Notes: generated by a model not told the origin, from the sequence alone. Positions 22,068 to 35,559 are shown, counted from the first letter of the stretch. The stretch is 64,000 bases of DNA from Candidatus Oxydemutatoraceae bacterium (GCA_965219575.1 OZ244779.1:972769-1036768), one strand, 5' to 3'. Translations and numbers: made by a program.

Positions 22068-25000
22068 TTATCGAGGTTCACCGAATCCGCCGCCACCGGG
22101 TGTTGCAATGATTAGGGTGTCGCCCGCCTGCATTGCAACGGTGGTGTTTGCCGCTAATAGCTCTATGCTTCCGTCTTTGCGCCGTACGCTATTTTGTCCG
22201 CATAATCCGGGGTTGCCTCCGTTTAGTCCGAAAGGTGCTATTGTACGATGACTCGATAATATCGACGCACTCATAGCTTCTAAAAAAGTTATTTTGCGAA
22301 CGACACCGTCGCCTCCACGATATCTGCCGTCGCCGCCGCTACCGATGCGTATACCGAAGTTTTCTAATAATACCGGGAACCGTGACTCTAGAATTTCGGG
22401 GTCGGTGAGTCTGGAATTCGTCATATGAGTGTGAACCGCACTCGCACCGTTAAAGCCTGCGCCGGCACCGGCACCACCGCATAATGTTTCGTAATACTGG
22501 TATTGTCGGTTACCGAAACTCAGATTGTTCATCGTGCCTTGCGAGGCGGCGAGGATACCCATCGCACCGTACAGTGCGTTGACAATTGCTTGCGAGGTTT
22601 CAACATTACCGGCGACGACCGCAGACGGATAGTTCGGGTTCAGCAGGCTATTTTCGGGAATAACGAGGTGTATGGGTTTTAGGCAACCCTCATTTAGCGG
22701 TATATCGGCGTTGACCAAGGTGCGAAAGACATATAATACCGCTGCCCGAGCGACTGCAGCCGGCGCATGGAAATTAGTATCGGTTTGCCCGGATGTGCCG
22801 GTAAAATCGACGATTGCCGATCGTTTATCCTCGGCAATGGAAATTTGAACCTTGATGACAGCATCGTGTTCCAAAGGATAGACGAATTGTCCGCTATGCA
22901 AAGTCTTTAGCGCATTGCGCACCGCAATCTCGGCGTTATCCTGTATATGTCGCATATACGAGCAAACCGTTTTTAGACCGAAATCGTCTATCATGTTTTT
23001 GAGTTCGCTAACACCTTTTTGGTTTGCCGCAATCTGTGCCTTCAAGTCGTCTATATTAGTGTTTATATCGCGTGCCGGCCATGCAGTGCTTGCCAGCATC
23101 TCCCGAAGTGCCTGTTCGTCAAAATAACCGTTGCGTACCGCTAAAAAGCAATCTATCAAAACGCCTTCTTCCTGTATGCGGCGGCTGTTCGGTGGCATAG
23201 AACCCGGTGTGATGCCACCTATGTCGGCATGATGCCCGCGGCAAGCAACATAAAATAACGGCTTTGTGTTATCGGAGGTGTTATTTTGTTGATAGAACAC
23301 CGGCGTGATAACGGTGATATCGGGCAGATGTGTGCCGCCTTGATAGGGACTGTTCAAGACATAGGCATCGCCGTCTTGCATCGTTGCCCGGCATTGCGCA
23401 ATGACTGCGCGTACCGTCTCCCCCATAGAACCTAAATGCACCGGCACATGTGGTGCATTTGCTACCAAACCACCGTCCTGATCGAATATCGCACAAGAAA
23501 AATCAAGTCTTTCTTTGATATTAACCGAATGTGCGGTGTTTGCAAGCGTGATGCCCATTTGTTCGGCGATGGACCTATAAAGGTGATTGAAAATTTCGAG
23601 CTTTACCGGATTCGGTTTAGCCGTATCGTCTTTGTTTAGGCTCGGTGAATGTTTGCTTAACGATTTTTGACTTTTGAGCAATAGATTATTTCGGCCGGTA
23701 ATTTCCGCTTGCCATTGTGGTTCTACCACGATGGTCTGGGTTTGTTCTACGATCAAGGCAGGCCCCTTTATAGATTGATCGGGAGACAGTGCGCTGCGTT
23801 CGTATAGTGTAGCTTCCTGCAGACCGTCGCTCGTATGAAAACCGATTTGCACCGGTTTTATTGCCTTTGTTGGACGATCTGCCGAAGCGGTGTGCGATTT
23901 TACCTCGCCGCTCATTGTGGTAATTGCTTCTACCGATAGGCTGGCGATAATAAGCGGGGTATCGGGTAATGTAAAACCGAATCTTTGTCGATGCAGTGCT
24001 TCAAATGCCGTACGTAAATTGTCATGCCGATTGAAATCAAGTTCTAAGCTAAAGTCGCTGCCTTGATAGCGGATGTGAATACGCCTAATAATACGGACCG
24101 GATTTGAGTCGGTGTTGTGTGCGGTGATTTCAGTTTTAGCTTGTGTTTCCAGTGTCTGCCATATAGGATCCAATGCTGCGCTGTCGGCTTCCGCTATCGG
24201 TCGTTCAACGCTGCAGGTGCGCAGTGCGCTTGAGTTGGCAAGTCCTATGCCGTAGGCGGATAGCACGCTTGCAAGCGGATGTATCAATATCTGCTTGATG
24301 CCCAATAGGTCGGCAACACGACACGCGTGCTGCCCGCCGGCACCTCCGAAGCAACACAAGGTATAGCGGCGTATGTCATGCCCGCGCTGCACCGATATTT
24401 TTTTTATCGCTTGTGCCATATTGTTGACCGCAACCGAAAGAAAGCCTGATGCGACCTCGGTGTAAGTGCGGTGTTCGTCGTCGGCAGCGTTGATCCTTTT
24501 GCTTAGGGCTAGAAATTTTTTCAAAACGATGTTTAAATCCAAACTCTGTTTCCCGTCGTCGCCGAACAAAGACGGGAAATAATCGGCTTGTATGCGACCT
24601 AAAATTAGGTTGCAATCGGTTACGGTTAGAGGACCTCCTTTGCGATAACACGCAGGTCCCGGGTCGGCTCCTGCCGACTCCGGTCCCACTTGATAACGCC
24701 CGTTGCGAAACTGGATAATAGAGCCGCCGCCTGCTGCGATTGTATGTATGTTCAACATCGGCGATTGCAAATGGATGCCGGCAACTTGACTATCAAAAGT
24801 ACGCTCGTAGTGTCCCGAGTAGTGCGAGACATCGGTTGAAGTGCCGCCCATATCAAAGCCGATGATATGCTTAAATCCCGATTGCAAGCCGGTTTCCACC
24901 GCACCGACGATGCCGCCGGCGGGACCCGATAATAAGCTATTCACGGCTCTAAAGTTATTGGCATCGCTCAGCCCGCCGCTTGACTGCATGAATGAAATTT

Positions 25001-25754
25001 TCACGCCCGGCAGTGCCTCGGATATGCGGCGCACATAGCGTAGCAATACCGGCGATAGATACGCATCAACTACGGTCGTACCGCCGCGCCCGACGAACTT
25101 TATCATTGGACTCACTTCGTGCGATGCCGAGATTTGTGTGTATCCTATCCGCTCGGCAATTTCGCACAAGATTTTCTCGTGAGACGGATATTTATAGCTG
25201 TGCATCAAACAGATAGCACAAGTGCGTATGCCGTCGCGATATGCCGATTCGAGCAGGTGCTTTGCTGCCACCGTATCCACCTCGGTCAGCACATTGCCGT
25301 TTGCATCTATGCGCGCATCTATTTCTACGACGCGCTCGTAAAGCGGGTCGGGCAGTTTGATATCGAGTGCAAATAGTTCGGGGCGTGCCTGATAAGCGAT
25401 GCGCAATACATCGGCGAAGCCTCGGTTGACAAGTAGCATAGTTCGATCGCCTTTGCGTTCCAACAATGCATTGGTTGCCACGGTCGTACCCATGCGCACC
25501 GCAGCAATCCGTTCGCCGGGTATGGGTGCGTCGGGAACCCCTAACACATCCCTGATACCTTGCAAAGCCGCATCGGAATAGCGTTGCGGGTTTTCCGAAA
25601 GCAGTTTATGGACGACTAATTCGCCGTCGGTATTTTTCGCAACGATGTCGGTAAAAGTGCCGCCTCTATCAATCCAAAAATGCCATTTGCTATTCCCCTC
25701 TTGTGGAGGGGTGTCAGGCTTTGCTTGACCGGCTGGTCGTAAAATCGTCTGCAC
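22068..25754 (-). CDS. oplA: 5-oxoprolinase (fused hydantoinase A/B type)
   Basis: [63 protein letters not shown]; exact start uncertain because it lies in a repeat. Confidence 0.93.
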   Translation of the reverse strand: MQTILRPAGQAKPDTPPQEGNSKWHFWIDRGGTFTDIVAKNTDGELVVHKLLSENPQRYSDAALQGIRDVLGVPDAPIPGERIAAVRMGTTVATNALLERKGDRTMLLVNRGFADVLRIAYQARPELFALDIKLPDPLYERVVEIDARIDANGNVLTEVDTVAAKHLLESAYRDGIRTCAICLMHSYKYPSHEKILCEIAERIGYTQISASHEVSPMIKFVGRGGTTVVDAYLSPVLLRYVRRISEALPGVKISFMQSSGGLSDANNFRAVNSLLSGPAGGIVGAVETGLQSGFKHIIGFDMGGTSTDVSHYSGHYERTFDSQVAGIHLQSPMLNIHTIAAGGGSIIQFRNGRYQVGPESAGADPGPACYRKGGPLTVTDCNLILGRIQADYFPSLFGDDGKQSLDLNIVLKKFLALSKRINAADDEHRTYTEVASGFLSVAVNNMAQAIKKISVQRGHDIRRYTLCCFGGAGGQHACRVADLLGIKQILIHPLASVLSAYGIGLANSSALRTCSVERPIAEADSAALDPIWQTLETQAKTEITAHNTDSNPVRIIRRIHIRYQGSDFSLELDFNRHDNLRTAFEALHRQRFGFTLPDTPLIIASLSVEAITTMSGEVKSHTASADRPTKAIKPVQIGFHTSDGLQEATLYERSALSPDQSIKGPALIVEQTQTIVVEPQWQAEITGRNNLLLKSQKSLSKHSPSLNKDDTAKPNPVKLEIFNHLYRSIAEQMGITLANTAHSVNIKERLDFSCAIFDQDGGLVANAPHVPVHLGSMGETVRAVIAQCRATMQDGDAYVLNSPYQGGTHLPDITVITPVFYQQNNTSDNTKPLFYVACRGHHADIGGITPGSMPPNSRRIQEEGVLIDCFLAVRNGYFDEQALREMLASTAWPARDINTNIDDLKAQIAANQKGVSELKNMIDDFGLKTVCSYMRHIQDNAEIAVRNALKTLHSGQFVYPLEHDAVIKVQISIAEDKRSAIVDFTGTSGQTDTNFHAPAAVARAAVLYVFRTLVNADIPLNEGCLKPIHLVIPENSLLNPNYPSAVVAGNVETSQAIVNALYGAMGILAASQGTMNNLSFGNRQYQYYETLCGGAGAGAGFNGASAVHTHMTNSRLTDPEILESRFPVLLENFGIRIGSGGDGRYRGGDGVVRKITFLEAMSASILSSHRTIAPFGLNGGNPGLCGQNSVRRKDGSIELLAANTTVAMQAGDTLIIATPGGGGFGEPR

Positions 25755-26541
25755 TAGTCTATTCCCTTCTTGTGGAAGGGTGACAGGCTTTGCTTAACGA
25801 GGTGGTTGCAGAAGTGGGGCTGTTGAAAAAGTATTTCATAGAGTGGTAGGGGCGGACTAGCATGTCCGCCCGATAGGTCAATCGGCAATTTTAATGTTCG
25901 CCCTAAAGTACCGTTCTGCACAGCCGTAACCGCTTGCGCCGTGAATTTATAATAACCACCAAGCCGTAGGGGCAGTATAAAGCCGCCGATTGAGCCGGTG
26001 GGTCAATCGGCAACTCTGATGTCTGCCCTTAAGTACTGTTCTGCACAGTCGCAACCGCTTGCACCGTATGGTTTTGGTTTCCATAAATTGGATAGATGTA
26101 TAAATTGTACAGATACGATGCAACTGTTGAAAAAGTATCGTCAGCGTGCAACCGTAACCGCTTGCGCCGTGAATATTTGCAAACCACCCGTAGGGGCGGA
26201 CTAGCATGTCCGCCCGTAACGCGTTGTGCCTACACGATTTATACATTCATCCATCCAATTTATGGAAACCAAAACCAAATGGCGCAAGTGATTGGATTCG
26301 TACGATGCCGCACTTTTTCAACAGTCCCATCGTATCTGCACAAATATAGTGCTGGTTAATTCCCTTCCTGTGGAGGGGTGTCAGGCGCAATAGAACCGCC
26401 GATTGAGCCAGTAGGTCAATCGGCGTCACATTGTACAGAACCCTAGCATATATACAAAATATAAGCCTTTCCATGGGGTGGTTGTGTCGTATCCGCACCA
26501 GTCTATTCCCCATTCGTTAAGGTTCTGCACAATGTTACGCC
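25690..26541. repeat. Large nested repeat mosaic (~850 bp)
   Basis: CCCCTCTTGTGGAGGGG hairpins; MITE-like unit 25816-26328 (GGGGCTGTTGAAAAAGT..ACTTTTTCAACAGTCCC); GTAGGGGCGGACTAGCATGTCCGCCC REPs; 120-bp element 26422-26541 with ~21-bp terminal IRs. Confidence 0.92.
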
Positions 26542-26555
26542 ACCTGTGCTATCGC

Positions 26556-27968
26556 TTAATCGGGAAGTTTTTGTGCAAGATACGCGCGGGCATTCGCAAT
26601 TTGTTGCCGAACACCTGCGCTACCGCCGTGGGTGCGTTTATTCTGCAATGCGGTTTTAGGATTCAGCACCTTAAATGCGCTACTATCCAATGCCGAATGT
26701 AAGACCTGCAATTTTTCTACGGGAAGTGCATCTAAAGAACAACCCTCCTGTATTGCCAGCTTGACTGCTTGCCCGACTATTCGGTGCGCATCCCGAAACG
26801 GAACTTGCTTGCCGACCAAATAGTCTGCTAGATCGGTTGCCGTGGAGAAACCACTCTGTGCCGCCTTGAGCATGTTTTCACGATTCACCTCGAGTGCCGG
26901 TATTATCTCGGCGAGAATCAAAACCGACGGCAAGGTTGCATCGAGCGCATCGTAGACGCATGCTTTGTCCTCTTGATTATCTCGGTTATACGCCAAAGGC
27001 TGTGCTTTCATCAATACCAGCAATGCCGTCAACGCACCGGTGGTACGACTACTTTTGCCGCGTATCAGTTCGGCTATATCGGGATTTTTCTTTTGTGGCA
27101 TGATTGACGAACCTGTACAATGGCGATCCGCCAAAGTGATAAAATCAAATTGTTGCGACGACCACAATATCAGCTCTTCGCAGACGCGTGATAGATGCGA
27201 CATCAACAACGCACAACACGAGCAGAACTCTATCGCAAAGTCGCGATCCGAGACCGCATCCAAGGAATTATCCGAGATCGCTTCAAAACCGAGTAATTCG
27301 GCTGCGTAGAGTCTATCCAAATCATAGCTGGTTCCGGCACAAGCAGCACTTCCCAAGGGCAACACATTGACGCGACGGCGCGCATCGTGCAAGCGGGCGG
27401 TGTCGCGCTTCAACATTTCAAACCACGCTAATAGATGGTGTCCGAAACTAACCGGTTGAGCAACTTGCAAATGCGTATACGCCGGCATCACGGTTTCCGC
27501 CTCGTTCTCGGCAAGGTCAACCAGACTTTGCTGAAGTTTATGCGTTGCTTCCAGCAACAGGTCTATTTGACTGCGTAAATAAAGTCTAAAGTCTGTTGCT
27601 ATCTGATCGTTTCTGGAACGCCCGGTGTGCAATTTCTTTCCGACTTCCCCCAGACGCTCGGTCAAACAAGCCTCTATATTCGTATGTATATCCTCAAGCG
27701 AGGTGTCCCAATTAAAGCGGTCTTCCGCTATTTCCTCTCTAATTTGATATAAACCCGAAATCAAAGACTCTGCCTCTTGGTCGGTCAACACCTGCGCCTT
27801 GAGTAGCACCTTGACATGTGCCACCGAGGCTTCTATATCCTCGGCATAGAAACGTTTGTCATGTTCCAGCGAGGCGGTGAAAAGCTCAACCTGCCGCTCG
27901 GTCGATTCGGAGAACCGCCCCCCCCATAATTTGTCTTTTGTTTGTTTTTCGCTCATCGCACTATCCAA
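26556..27968 (-). CDS. argH: Argininosuccinate lyase
   Basis: LWGGRF, LHTGRSRNDQ, GSSIMPQKKNPD, YNRDNQEDK; start may be the internal ATG (MSEKQ). Confidence 0.98.
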   Translation of the reverse strand: MDSAMSEKQTKDKLWGGRFSESTERQVELFTASLEHDKRFYAEDIEASVAHVKVLLKAQVLTDQEAESLISGLYQIREEIAEDRFNWDTSLEDIHTNIEACLTERLGEVGKKLHTGRSRNDQIATDFRLYLRSQIDLLLEATHKLQQSLVDLAENEAETVMPAYTHLQVAQPVSFGHHLLAWFEMLKRDTARLHDARRRVNVLPLGSAACAGTSYDLDRLYAAELLGFEAISDNSLDAVSDRDFAIEFCSCCALLMSHLSRVCEELILWSSQQFDFITLADRHCTGSSIMPQKKNPDIAELIRGKSSRTTGALTALLVLMKAQPLAYNRDNQEDKACVYDALDATLPSVLILAEIIPALEVNRENMLKAAQSGFSTATDLADYLVGKQVPFRDAHRIVGQAVKLAIQEGCSLDALPVEKLQVLHSALDSSAFKVLNPKTALQNKRTHGGSAGVRQQIANARAYLAQKLPD

Positions 27969-28104
27969 TGTTTAATCATCGGATTATAAACTAACATCTA
28001 CCGTGTTTGACTACAAATATTTCGAGCGTCCCGACGGCGGTTAATCATTGCATGATGTCGCCGTAGCTTTATACTAGGATACTCTTATACAACCCTAAAT
28101 TATT

Positions 28105-28668
28105 ATGCCGGTGAATTTACACGAACAACTGAACGGTGCCTGCGAGCTGATTAAAAGCGGCGGTGTCGTTGCGTATCCGACCGAAGCGGTATTCGGTTTG
28201 GGCTGCGATCCTATGAACGAACACGCCGTACAACGTGTATCGGAGATTAAAAAGCGACCGCAAGACAAAAGCTACATTCTAATCGCCGATGACTTTGCCC
28301 GATTGCATCCTTTTTGCGCGACTATAGACGACTCACGATGGCAACAAGTTAAACGGGATTGGCCGGGACCGTATACTTGGGTGTTTCCGGCAACCGAATT
28401 ATGCCCTCGTTGGCTTTGCGATAAAGAAATAGGTATCGCGGTTCGGGTGACCGCACACCCCGTTGCAGCTGCATTATGCAATCTTTGTGGACACGCCTTA
28501 GTTTCTACGAGTGCCAATCTCAGCGGCGAACCACCCGCTAAAACATGGCAAGAGGTAAAAGCGACATTCAACGATACGGTTGATTATATCGTTTGTGCCG
28601 ATGTCTCCGACCCGACCGGAAAACCTACGATTATTCGCAATGCGACGAGCGGCGAGAGAATCAGATAA
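28105..28668 (+). CDS. tsaC: Threonylcarbamoyl-AMP synthase (Sua5/YrdC)
   Basis: VAYPTEAVFGLGCDP, WPGPYT, VSTSANLSG. Confidence 0.95.
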   Translation: MPVNLHEQLNGACELIKSGGVVAYPTEAVFGLGCDPMNEHAVQRVSEIKKRPQDKSYILIADDFARLHPFCATIDDSRWQQVKRDWPGPYTWVFPATELCPRWLCDKEIGIAVRVTAHPVAAALCNLCGHALVSTSANLSGEPPAKTWQEVKATFNDTVDYIVCADVSDPTGKPTIIRNATSGERIR

Positions 28669-28689
28669 TGATTTCAGGGGCAGACTTTG

Positions 28690-29195
28690 CATTCCCCCCT
28701 GTGGAGGGGTGGCAGGCGCAACCTGACGGGGTGGTTGCGCCGTATCTGCAAAAAGTATCCACGAACCGTAGGGGCGGACTAGCATGTCCGCCCGTAGCGC
28801 GTTGGTCGGCACGATTGATACATTCATCCACCCGATTTATGGAAACCAAAACCATACGGCGCAAGCGGTTCCAGCCGTGCAGAACGGTACTTTAGGGCAG
28901 ACACACAGGTCTGCCCCTACGACTTTGTGGTTATCATAATTATGTGGCGCAAAGCGATTGCAATTGTGCAAACACAGTACTTTTTCAACAGCCCCTGCGT
29001 ATCTGCACTATTTTACACATTCGTTTATCCGATTTATGAAAACCAAAACCATACGGCACAAGCGGTTGCAATTTTGCAAAAACAGTACTTTTTCAACAGC
29101 CCCGTCGTATCTGCACAAAGTATAGTGCTCGTACATTCCCTTCCTTTGGAGAGGTGTCAGGCGTAATAGAACCACTGATTTAGCCAGTTGAGTAA
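28690..29195. repeat. Repeat mosaic between tsaC and hemF
   Basis: Intact CCCCCCTGTGGAGGGG..CTGACGGGGTGG module, inverted REP pair, two TACTTTTTCAACAGCCCC ends. Confidence 0.9.
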
Positions 29196-29246
29196 GTAGC
29201 GATTCTATTTTCGATAACTCCTTTATATACCTTATAATCTATTAGC

Positions 29247-31283
<2,037 letters not shown>

Positions 31284-31710
31284 TATTATGGAAACCATTA
31301 TTTGTTGGCGCAAGCGGTTGAGTTTGTGCCGAACGGTACGGGCAGACATAGTAGGGGCGGACTAGCATGTCCGCCCGAAACATATCATGTTTGCACGATT
31401 AACGCGTTCACCCATTAATATTATGGAAACCATTATTTGTTGGCGCAAGCGGTTGGTGTCGTGCAGAACGATACTTAAGGGCAGACACACAGGTCTGCCC
31501 CTACAGGTGGGTTGGATAATTATGTGGCGCAGGGCGGTTGCAATTGTGCAAACACAGTACTTTTTCAACAGCCCCGTCGTATCTGCACAAGTGCAGTGTC
31601 GGTACATTCCCCTCCTGTGGAGGGGTGGCAGGCGCAGCCTGACGGGGTGGTTGTGTCGTATCTGCACAATTTATGGAAACCAAAACCAAATAGCGTAAGC
31701 GGTTGCAGTT

Positions 31711-32550
31711 ATGCAAAACGGTACTTTTTCAACAATCCCGGATTTATACGGGCTGATAGGCTCACCCGTCAAACATAGTATCTCCCCTAAAGTTCACAAC
31801 TATTTCGCCGAACAAACGCAACAAGCGATACGCTACGAGTTGGTTGAATCTTCGCCCGACGACTTTGTCGGAACCCTACATCGTTTTATAAAAAGAGGTG
31901 CAAAAGGAGCGAATATCACCTTACCTTTCAAGGAACAGGCGCGCCGCATCGCAGAAACCGTCAGCTCGCGGGCGCGTATTGCCGACGCTGCCAACACACT
32001 CTTTATCCATAACGAGCAAGTACTATACGCCGATAATACCGACGGCATCGGCTTCGTCAAAGATTTATCGGAACACTGCGGCGTTGAACTTGCCGGCAAA
32101 ACAATTTTAGTAATCGGTGCCGGCGGTGCTGCCCGAGGCATCATCGCACCCTTGTTGCAAGCGCAAGTATTAAAATTGGCTCTCACCAATCGCAGTATGG
32201 AGCGTGCGCGCAAACTCGCTCGGGAATTTGAAGACATAGGCGATCTAGAACTATACACCTTTGCCGAACTACAAAACAAACACTTTGACGGCATCGTCAA
32301 CGCAACTTCGGCGAGCCTCTACGACGAAATGCCGGCGATACCGCAATCCGTGCAAACACAATGGGGCTACGATTTAGTCTATCGCGCAAAGCCGACCGTG
32401 TTTATGCAACGGCTCGGCGATTGGGGTGTGGACTCGGTATTCGACGGATTAGGGATGCTCGTCGCACAGGCAGCCGAATCATTTTATCTGTGGCGCGGCG
32501 TTACCCCACAAATCACCCCCGTGATTACTACCCTGCGCCAACATCTATAG
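31711..32550 (+). CDS. aroE: Shikimate dehydrogenase with repeat-derived first ~10 codons
   Basis: YGLIGSPVKHSISP, GANITLPFK, AANT, NTDGIG, GAGGAARG, VNATS, DGLGMLVAQAAESF. Confidence 0.96.
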   Translation: MQNGTFSTIPDLYGLIGSPVKHSISPKVHNYFAEQTQQAIRYELVESSPDDFVGTLHRFIKRGAKGANITLPFKEQARRIAETVSSRARIADAANTLFIHNEQVLYADNTDGIGFVKDLSEHCGVELAGKTILVIGAGGAARGIIAPLLQAQVLKLALTNRSMERARKLAREFEDIGDLELYTFAELQNKHFDGIVNATSASLYDEMPAIPQSVQTQWGYDLVYRAKPTVFMQRLGDWGVDSVFDGLGMLVAQAAESFYLWRGVTPQITPVITTLRQHL

Positions 32551-32557
32551 AGACAAT

Positions 32558-32725
32558 CATTCCCCTCCTGTGGCGGGGTGGCCTATGCATTTTGCAATGT
32601 ATGCGTTAGCAGTCATGTTGAGGTTCTGAACAAAGTCACGCCGATTGACCTACTGGTTCAATCGGCGGTTCTATTCAGCCTGACGGGGTGGTTGTGGCGT
32701 ATCTGCGCTAGTATAGTGCTGGTAC
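32558..32725. repeat. Repeat mosaic (inverted match to 2640-2780)
   Basis: CCTATGCATTTTGCAATG..GTTCTGAACAAAGTCACGCCGATTGACCTAC..TCAATCGGCGGTTCTATTCAGCCTGAC. Confidence 0.88.
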
Positions 32726-32826
32726 CGATATTATCTCTTCCTTACAAATGCTATATCAGATGTCATTTTTATGGTAATTTTGACATCAAACTATACATTT
32801 TTTAACTTTTGTGCTAATCTTTCGTT

Positions 32827-33978
32827 ATGTACAAAAGAATCTTTACCCCCTCAGACAGATCTTTCTTTGTTTTAGGACCTAGAGGAACGGGTAAATCCAC
32901 TTGGCTTAAAAACCGCTATAAAAAAGCCATTTTTTATGACCTCCTCAATCCTTCTCTTTATCTAAAACTTCGTAGAAACCCGGAATTATTCCGCCAAGAG
33001 ATATCCGCTATCCCCGAAGATTCAATCGTTATAATCGACGAAGTCCAAAAACTTCCTATTCTGTTGGACGATGTTCATCATTTTCTGGCACAAAGGGACA
33101 ACAACAAACAATTCATCCTATCGGGTTCTAGTGCTAGAAAACTCAAAAAAACTTCGACTAATTTACTGGGAGGACGAGCCAGTCAAAGCTATTTTTATCC
33201 TCTGATTTATTCCGAGCATCAAATAGATAAATGGGATGATGTCCTACGATTCGGGACTCTACCCGAAAGCCTTAACCTAAAAACAGTGAAACAAAAAATA
33301 GAATTTTTAGAATCTTATTCGCTAATCTATCTGCGAGAAGAAATACAACAAGAAGCCATAGTAAAAAACGTGAGCAGTTTCTCTAATTTTTTAGACATCG
33401 CCTCCCTATGCAATGCCCAAACAATCAACATAGCTTCGTTGGCAAGAGATTCGGGTGTTGCCAGAACTACCGTTATGGGATACTTTCAAGCACTGGAAGA
33501 CACGCTCATTGGTTTTTGGCTCCCTGCATGGAGGACAAAAGCACGAGTCAAAACGGCAATTCATCCTAAATTTTTCTTTTTTGATACGGGTGTCGTCAGA
33601 GCTTTGAGAGGGCAGTTGAGAGAGCCCATACACGATTACGATAAAGGGTTTCTTTTGGAAACTTATCTGCTCCATGAACTGAAAGCATGGAATCAGATTC
33701 ATGACTGGGGTGCAAAAATCAGCTTCTGTAAAACATACCATAATTCCGAAATAGACTTTCTTGTAGAAATAAACGCGCAAAGAATCGGAATAGAACTTAA
33801 ATCTTCTAAGGTTTGGAAGAGGGAATTCGGCAAATATCTTAACAAAGTCAAAGCGCAGAAATTTATCGATAGAGCTATCGGAGTTTATTTAGGTGATAAA
33901 AATCTAAAAGCCGATTCATTAGATGTCTATACACTTAAAAATTTCTTAAAAATCTTAGAGAAAAATACACTGATCTAA
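32827..33978 (+). CDS. AAA_14 ATPase with DUF4143 and C-terminal PD-(D/E)xK-like motif
   Basis: GPRGTGKST Walker A, IIDEVQK Walker B, SGSSARKL, PKFFFFDTGV, EIDFLVE..IELK. Confidence 0.88.
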   Translation: MYKRIFTPSDRSFFVLGPRGTGKSTWLKNRYKKAIFYDLLNPSLYLKLRRNPELFRQEISAIPEDSIVIIDEVQKLPILLDDVHHFLAQRDNNKQFILSGSSARKLKKTSTNLLGGRASQSYFYPLIYSEHQIDKWDDVLRFGTLPESLNLKTVKQKIEFLESYSLIYLREEIQQEAIVKNVSSFSNFLDIASLCNAQTINIASLARDSGVARTTVMGYFQALEDTLIGFWLPAWRTKARVKTAIHPKFFFFDTGVVRALRGQLREPIHDYDKGFLLETYLLHELKAWNQIHDWGAKISFCKTYHNSEIDFLVEINAQRIGIELKSSKVWKREFGKYLNKVKAQKFIDRAIGVYLGDKNLKADSLDVYTLKNFLKILEKNTLI

Positions 33979-34076
33979 AGCATATTGGATAAAGTCTAGC
34001 TAAACGGTTTGTATTTATTACAGCTGAGTAGGCGACGAATATTTAGTATCCTTTTATGATTTCTTAAAGTTTTAAC

Positions 34077-34164
34077 GAAGAGGCGACCAAATGGCCAAAG
34101 GCATCAGTCTTGAAAACCGAAGATCTCGCAAGCGATTTGGGAGCGAATCCGTCCCGCACTGCCA
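34077..34164 (+). pseudogene. Degenerate tRNA-Ser(TGA)-like sequence
   Basis: 88 nt; D-loop-like TGGCCAAAGGC, anticodon arm TCAGT-CTTGAAA-ACCGA, long variable arm with GCAA loop, corrupted T-loop GGAGCGAATCC, ends in GCCA; acceptor stem does not pair. Confidence 0.55.
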
Positions 34165-34192
34165 ATATTGCGCAAAAGTGACAATATAGAAT

Positions 34193-34269
34193 TCCATATT
34201 ATCATTTAGAGGCCAAAACGATAATATGGATATTTATATTATCATTTAAGGGCGAAAATGATAATATAA
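34193..34269. promoter_or_regulatory. Two tandem spaced palindromes (ATATTATCATTT-N-AAA(C/T)GATAATAT), 40-bp period; putative operator pair
   Basis: Directly visible inverted repeats at 34193-34230 and 34234-34269. Confidence 0.5.
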
Positions 34270-34365
34270 GTTCAATTCACATATAAATGAGTAGCCTTGA
34301 CCTTGACCTTCCCCAATTTTCAGGGCTAAAACTTAAATGAGATCTTTATTAGTCGTAGGATAAGT

Positions 34366-34629
34366 TTATTTCACAAGAAATACATCTAATATTTTTTCAG
34401 CCTTTGTATCGTAATGTAGTTCAAACTGTTCTTTTTTCCCGTTCACATTTCGTTCGGTTACAAAAACTCTGTCATGAAAAGTTATCTTGTGTTCCGTGTA
34501 TGGTAACTCTTCAAATTTCAGTGACCCGGAAATTACCCAAATCCCTCTTGAGGTTTTTTCCAAAAAACTTTTTGCGATTTTTTGCAAACCTTTCTGCTCC
34601 AAGTTCATGATTGAAATATGTTGTGCCAT
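34366..34629 (-). CDS. Hypothetical protein (87 aa), co-oriented with the PLD nuclease gene
   Basis: ATG-started ORF 12 nt downstream of the PLD gene, same AT-rich composition; no family recognised. Confidence 0.65.
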   Translation of the reverse strand: MAQHISIMNLEQKGLQKIAKSFLEKTSRGIWVISGSLKFEELPYTEHKITFHDRVFVTERNVNGKKEQFELHYDTKAEKILDVFLVK

Positions 34630-34641
34630 ACTACTTAAAAA

Positions 34642-35559
34642 TTAACGACCTTGATAATTTTTGCCTTTTTCAGTCAAGGTATAGAGGCCTCTTTGGTCTT
34701 TTGAACGAATAAATAAGTGCATATTTCTAGGGCTGTTGCTTTCATCTTCGTTATAATTCAGTTCACCACGAATAGTGTTGTCTAAGGTATCCATTTTGTG
34801 AGGCAATTCTTCATCTTTTAAAATTTTTTCCACTCCCTCATAAATTTCTGACAACGGCACCCACTTTTGATCACCGGTTAATTTTTCCTTTATGACATTA
34901 ATAATTAGTGATTTAATTGTGGGAACAGTACCGGGCAAGGTCTCTTTTTTATCTTGCATTTCTTTGATAACTTTTTGCAATCCTTTATCTTTTCTTGCCT
35001 GATCTTCATTTTTAGAAAATACACGATAAATATCAGAATATCCTGTCAAATAATCCTCATCGGGAGCAAAAACTGAATCGGTAAATTTCACTGAATTATA
35101 AATTGCTTGCAGTTGAGAAAAATAAATTGGTTTTTTTTCTTTAATGATCGTATTAACTTCAAAGTTTGACATCAAACCTCCTTTTGTTAGATTTGTACTC
35201 CCGACGATTCCTGTCTTTTCTTTCTCGTTTTCAAAAAGGTAAATCTTTGGATGGAAAACAACGTCAGTTTTATTCTCATTTTTATCACCAAAGCAGTAAA
35301 AATTAATTTTGCGATATTGTTTCCTCAAATTTAAAAAATAGCTAATTGATTCCGGATCGGTTGTCTTGAAGTCAAGACCGGCAATCAACTCAATATTTCC
35401 GTCGTTGTCCAAACACTGTTTCAAGGAGTTATCAATTTCTTTTATGCCTGAATACTTTAAGAATGCTACGGCAATTTGCACGCCATTTGCATCTTGCAGT
35501 TCTTGTTTGATGATCTTTCCGATTGGGTAATCCTGATTTGAAAGAAGTTGTATAGGCAT
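34642..35559 (-). CDS. PLD-superfamily (HKD) nuclease domain fused to a C-terminal winged-helix-like domain
   Basis: IAVAFLKYSG, GLDFKTTDP, FHPKIYLF, VGSTNLTKGGLMSNFE; C-terminal LSEIYE..TIRGEL..GLYTLTEKG. Confidence 0.8.
   Translation of the reverse strand: MPIQLLSNQDYPIGKIIKQELQDANGVQIAVAFLKYSGIKEIDNSLKQCLDNDGNIELIAGLDFKTTDPESISYFLNLRKQYRKINFYCFGDKNENKTDVVFHPKIYLFENEKEKTGIVGSTNLTKGGLMSNFEVNTIIKEKKPIYFSQLQAIYNSVKFTDSVFAPDEDYLTGYSDIYRVFSKNEDQARKDKGLQKVIKEMQDKKETLPGTVPTIKSLIINVIKEKLTGDQKWVPLSEIYEGVEKILKDEELPHKMDTLDNTIRGELNYNEDESNSPRNMHLFIRSKDQRGLYTLTEKGKNYQGR

Noticed and set aside
25947-26513. Short ORFs sharing peptides such as [19 protein letters not shown] and YFFNSP (also at 2327, 28661, 28927, 31362-31778, 43022, 61387)
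   Set aside because: They are translations of the repeat modules in varying frames and strands with no consistent start or RBS
34301-34345. TGACCTTCCCCAATTTTCAGGGC as an IS3-like terminal repeat
   Set aside because: No partner inverted repeat or transposase remnant was found; resemblance is too weak
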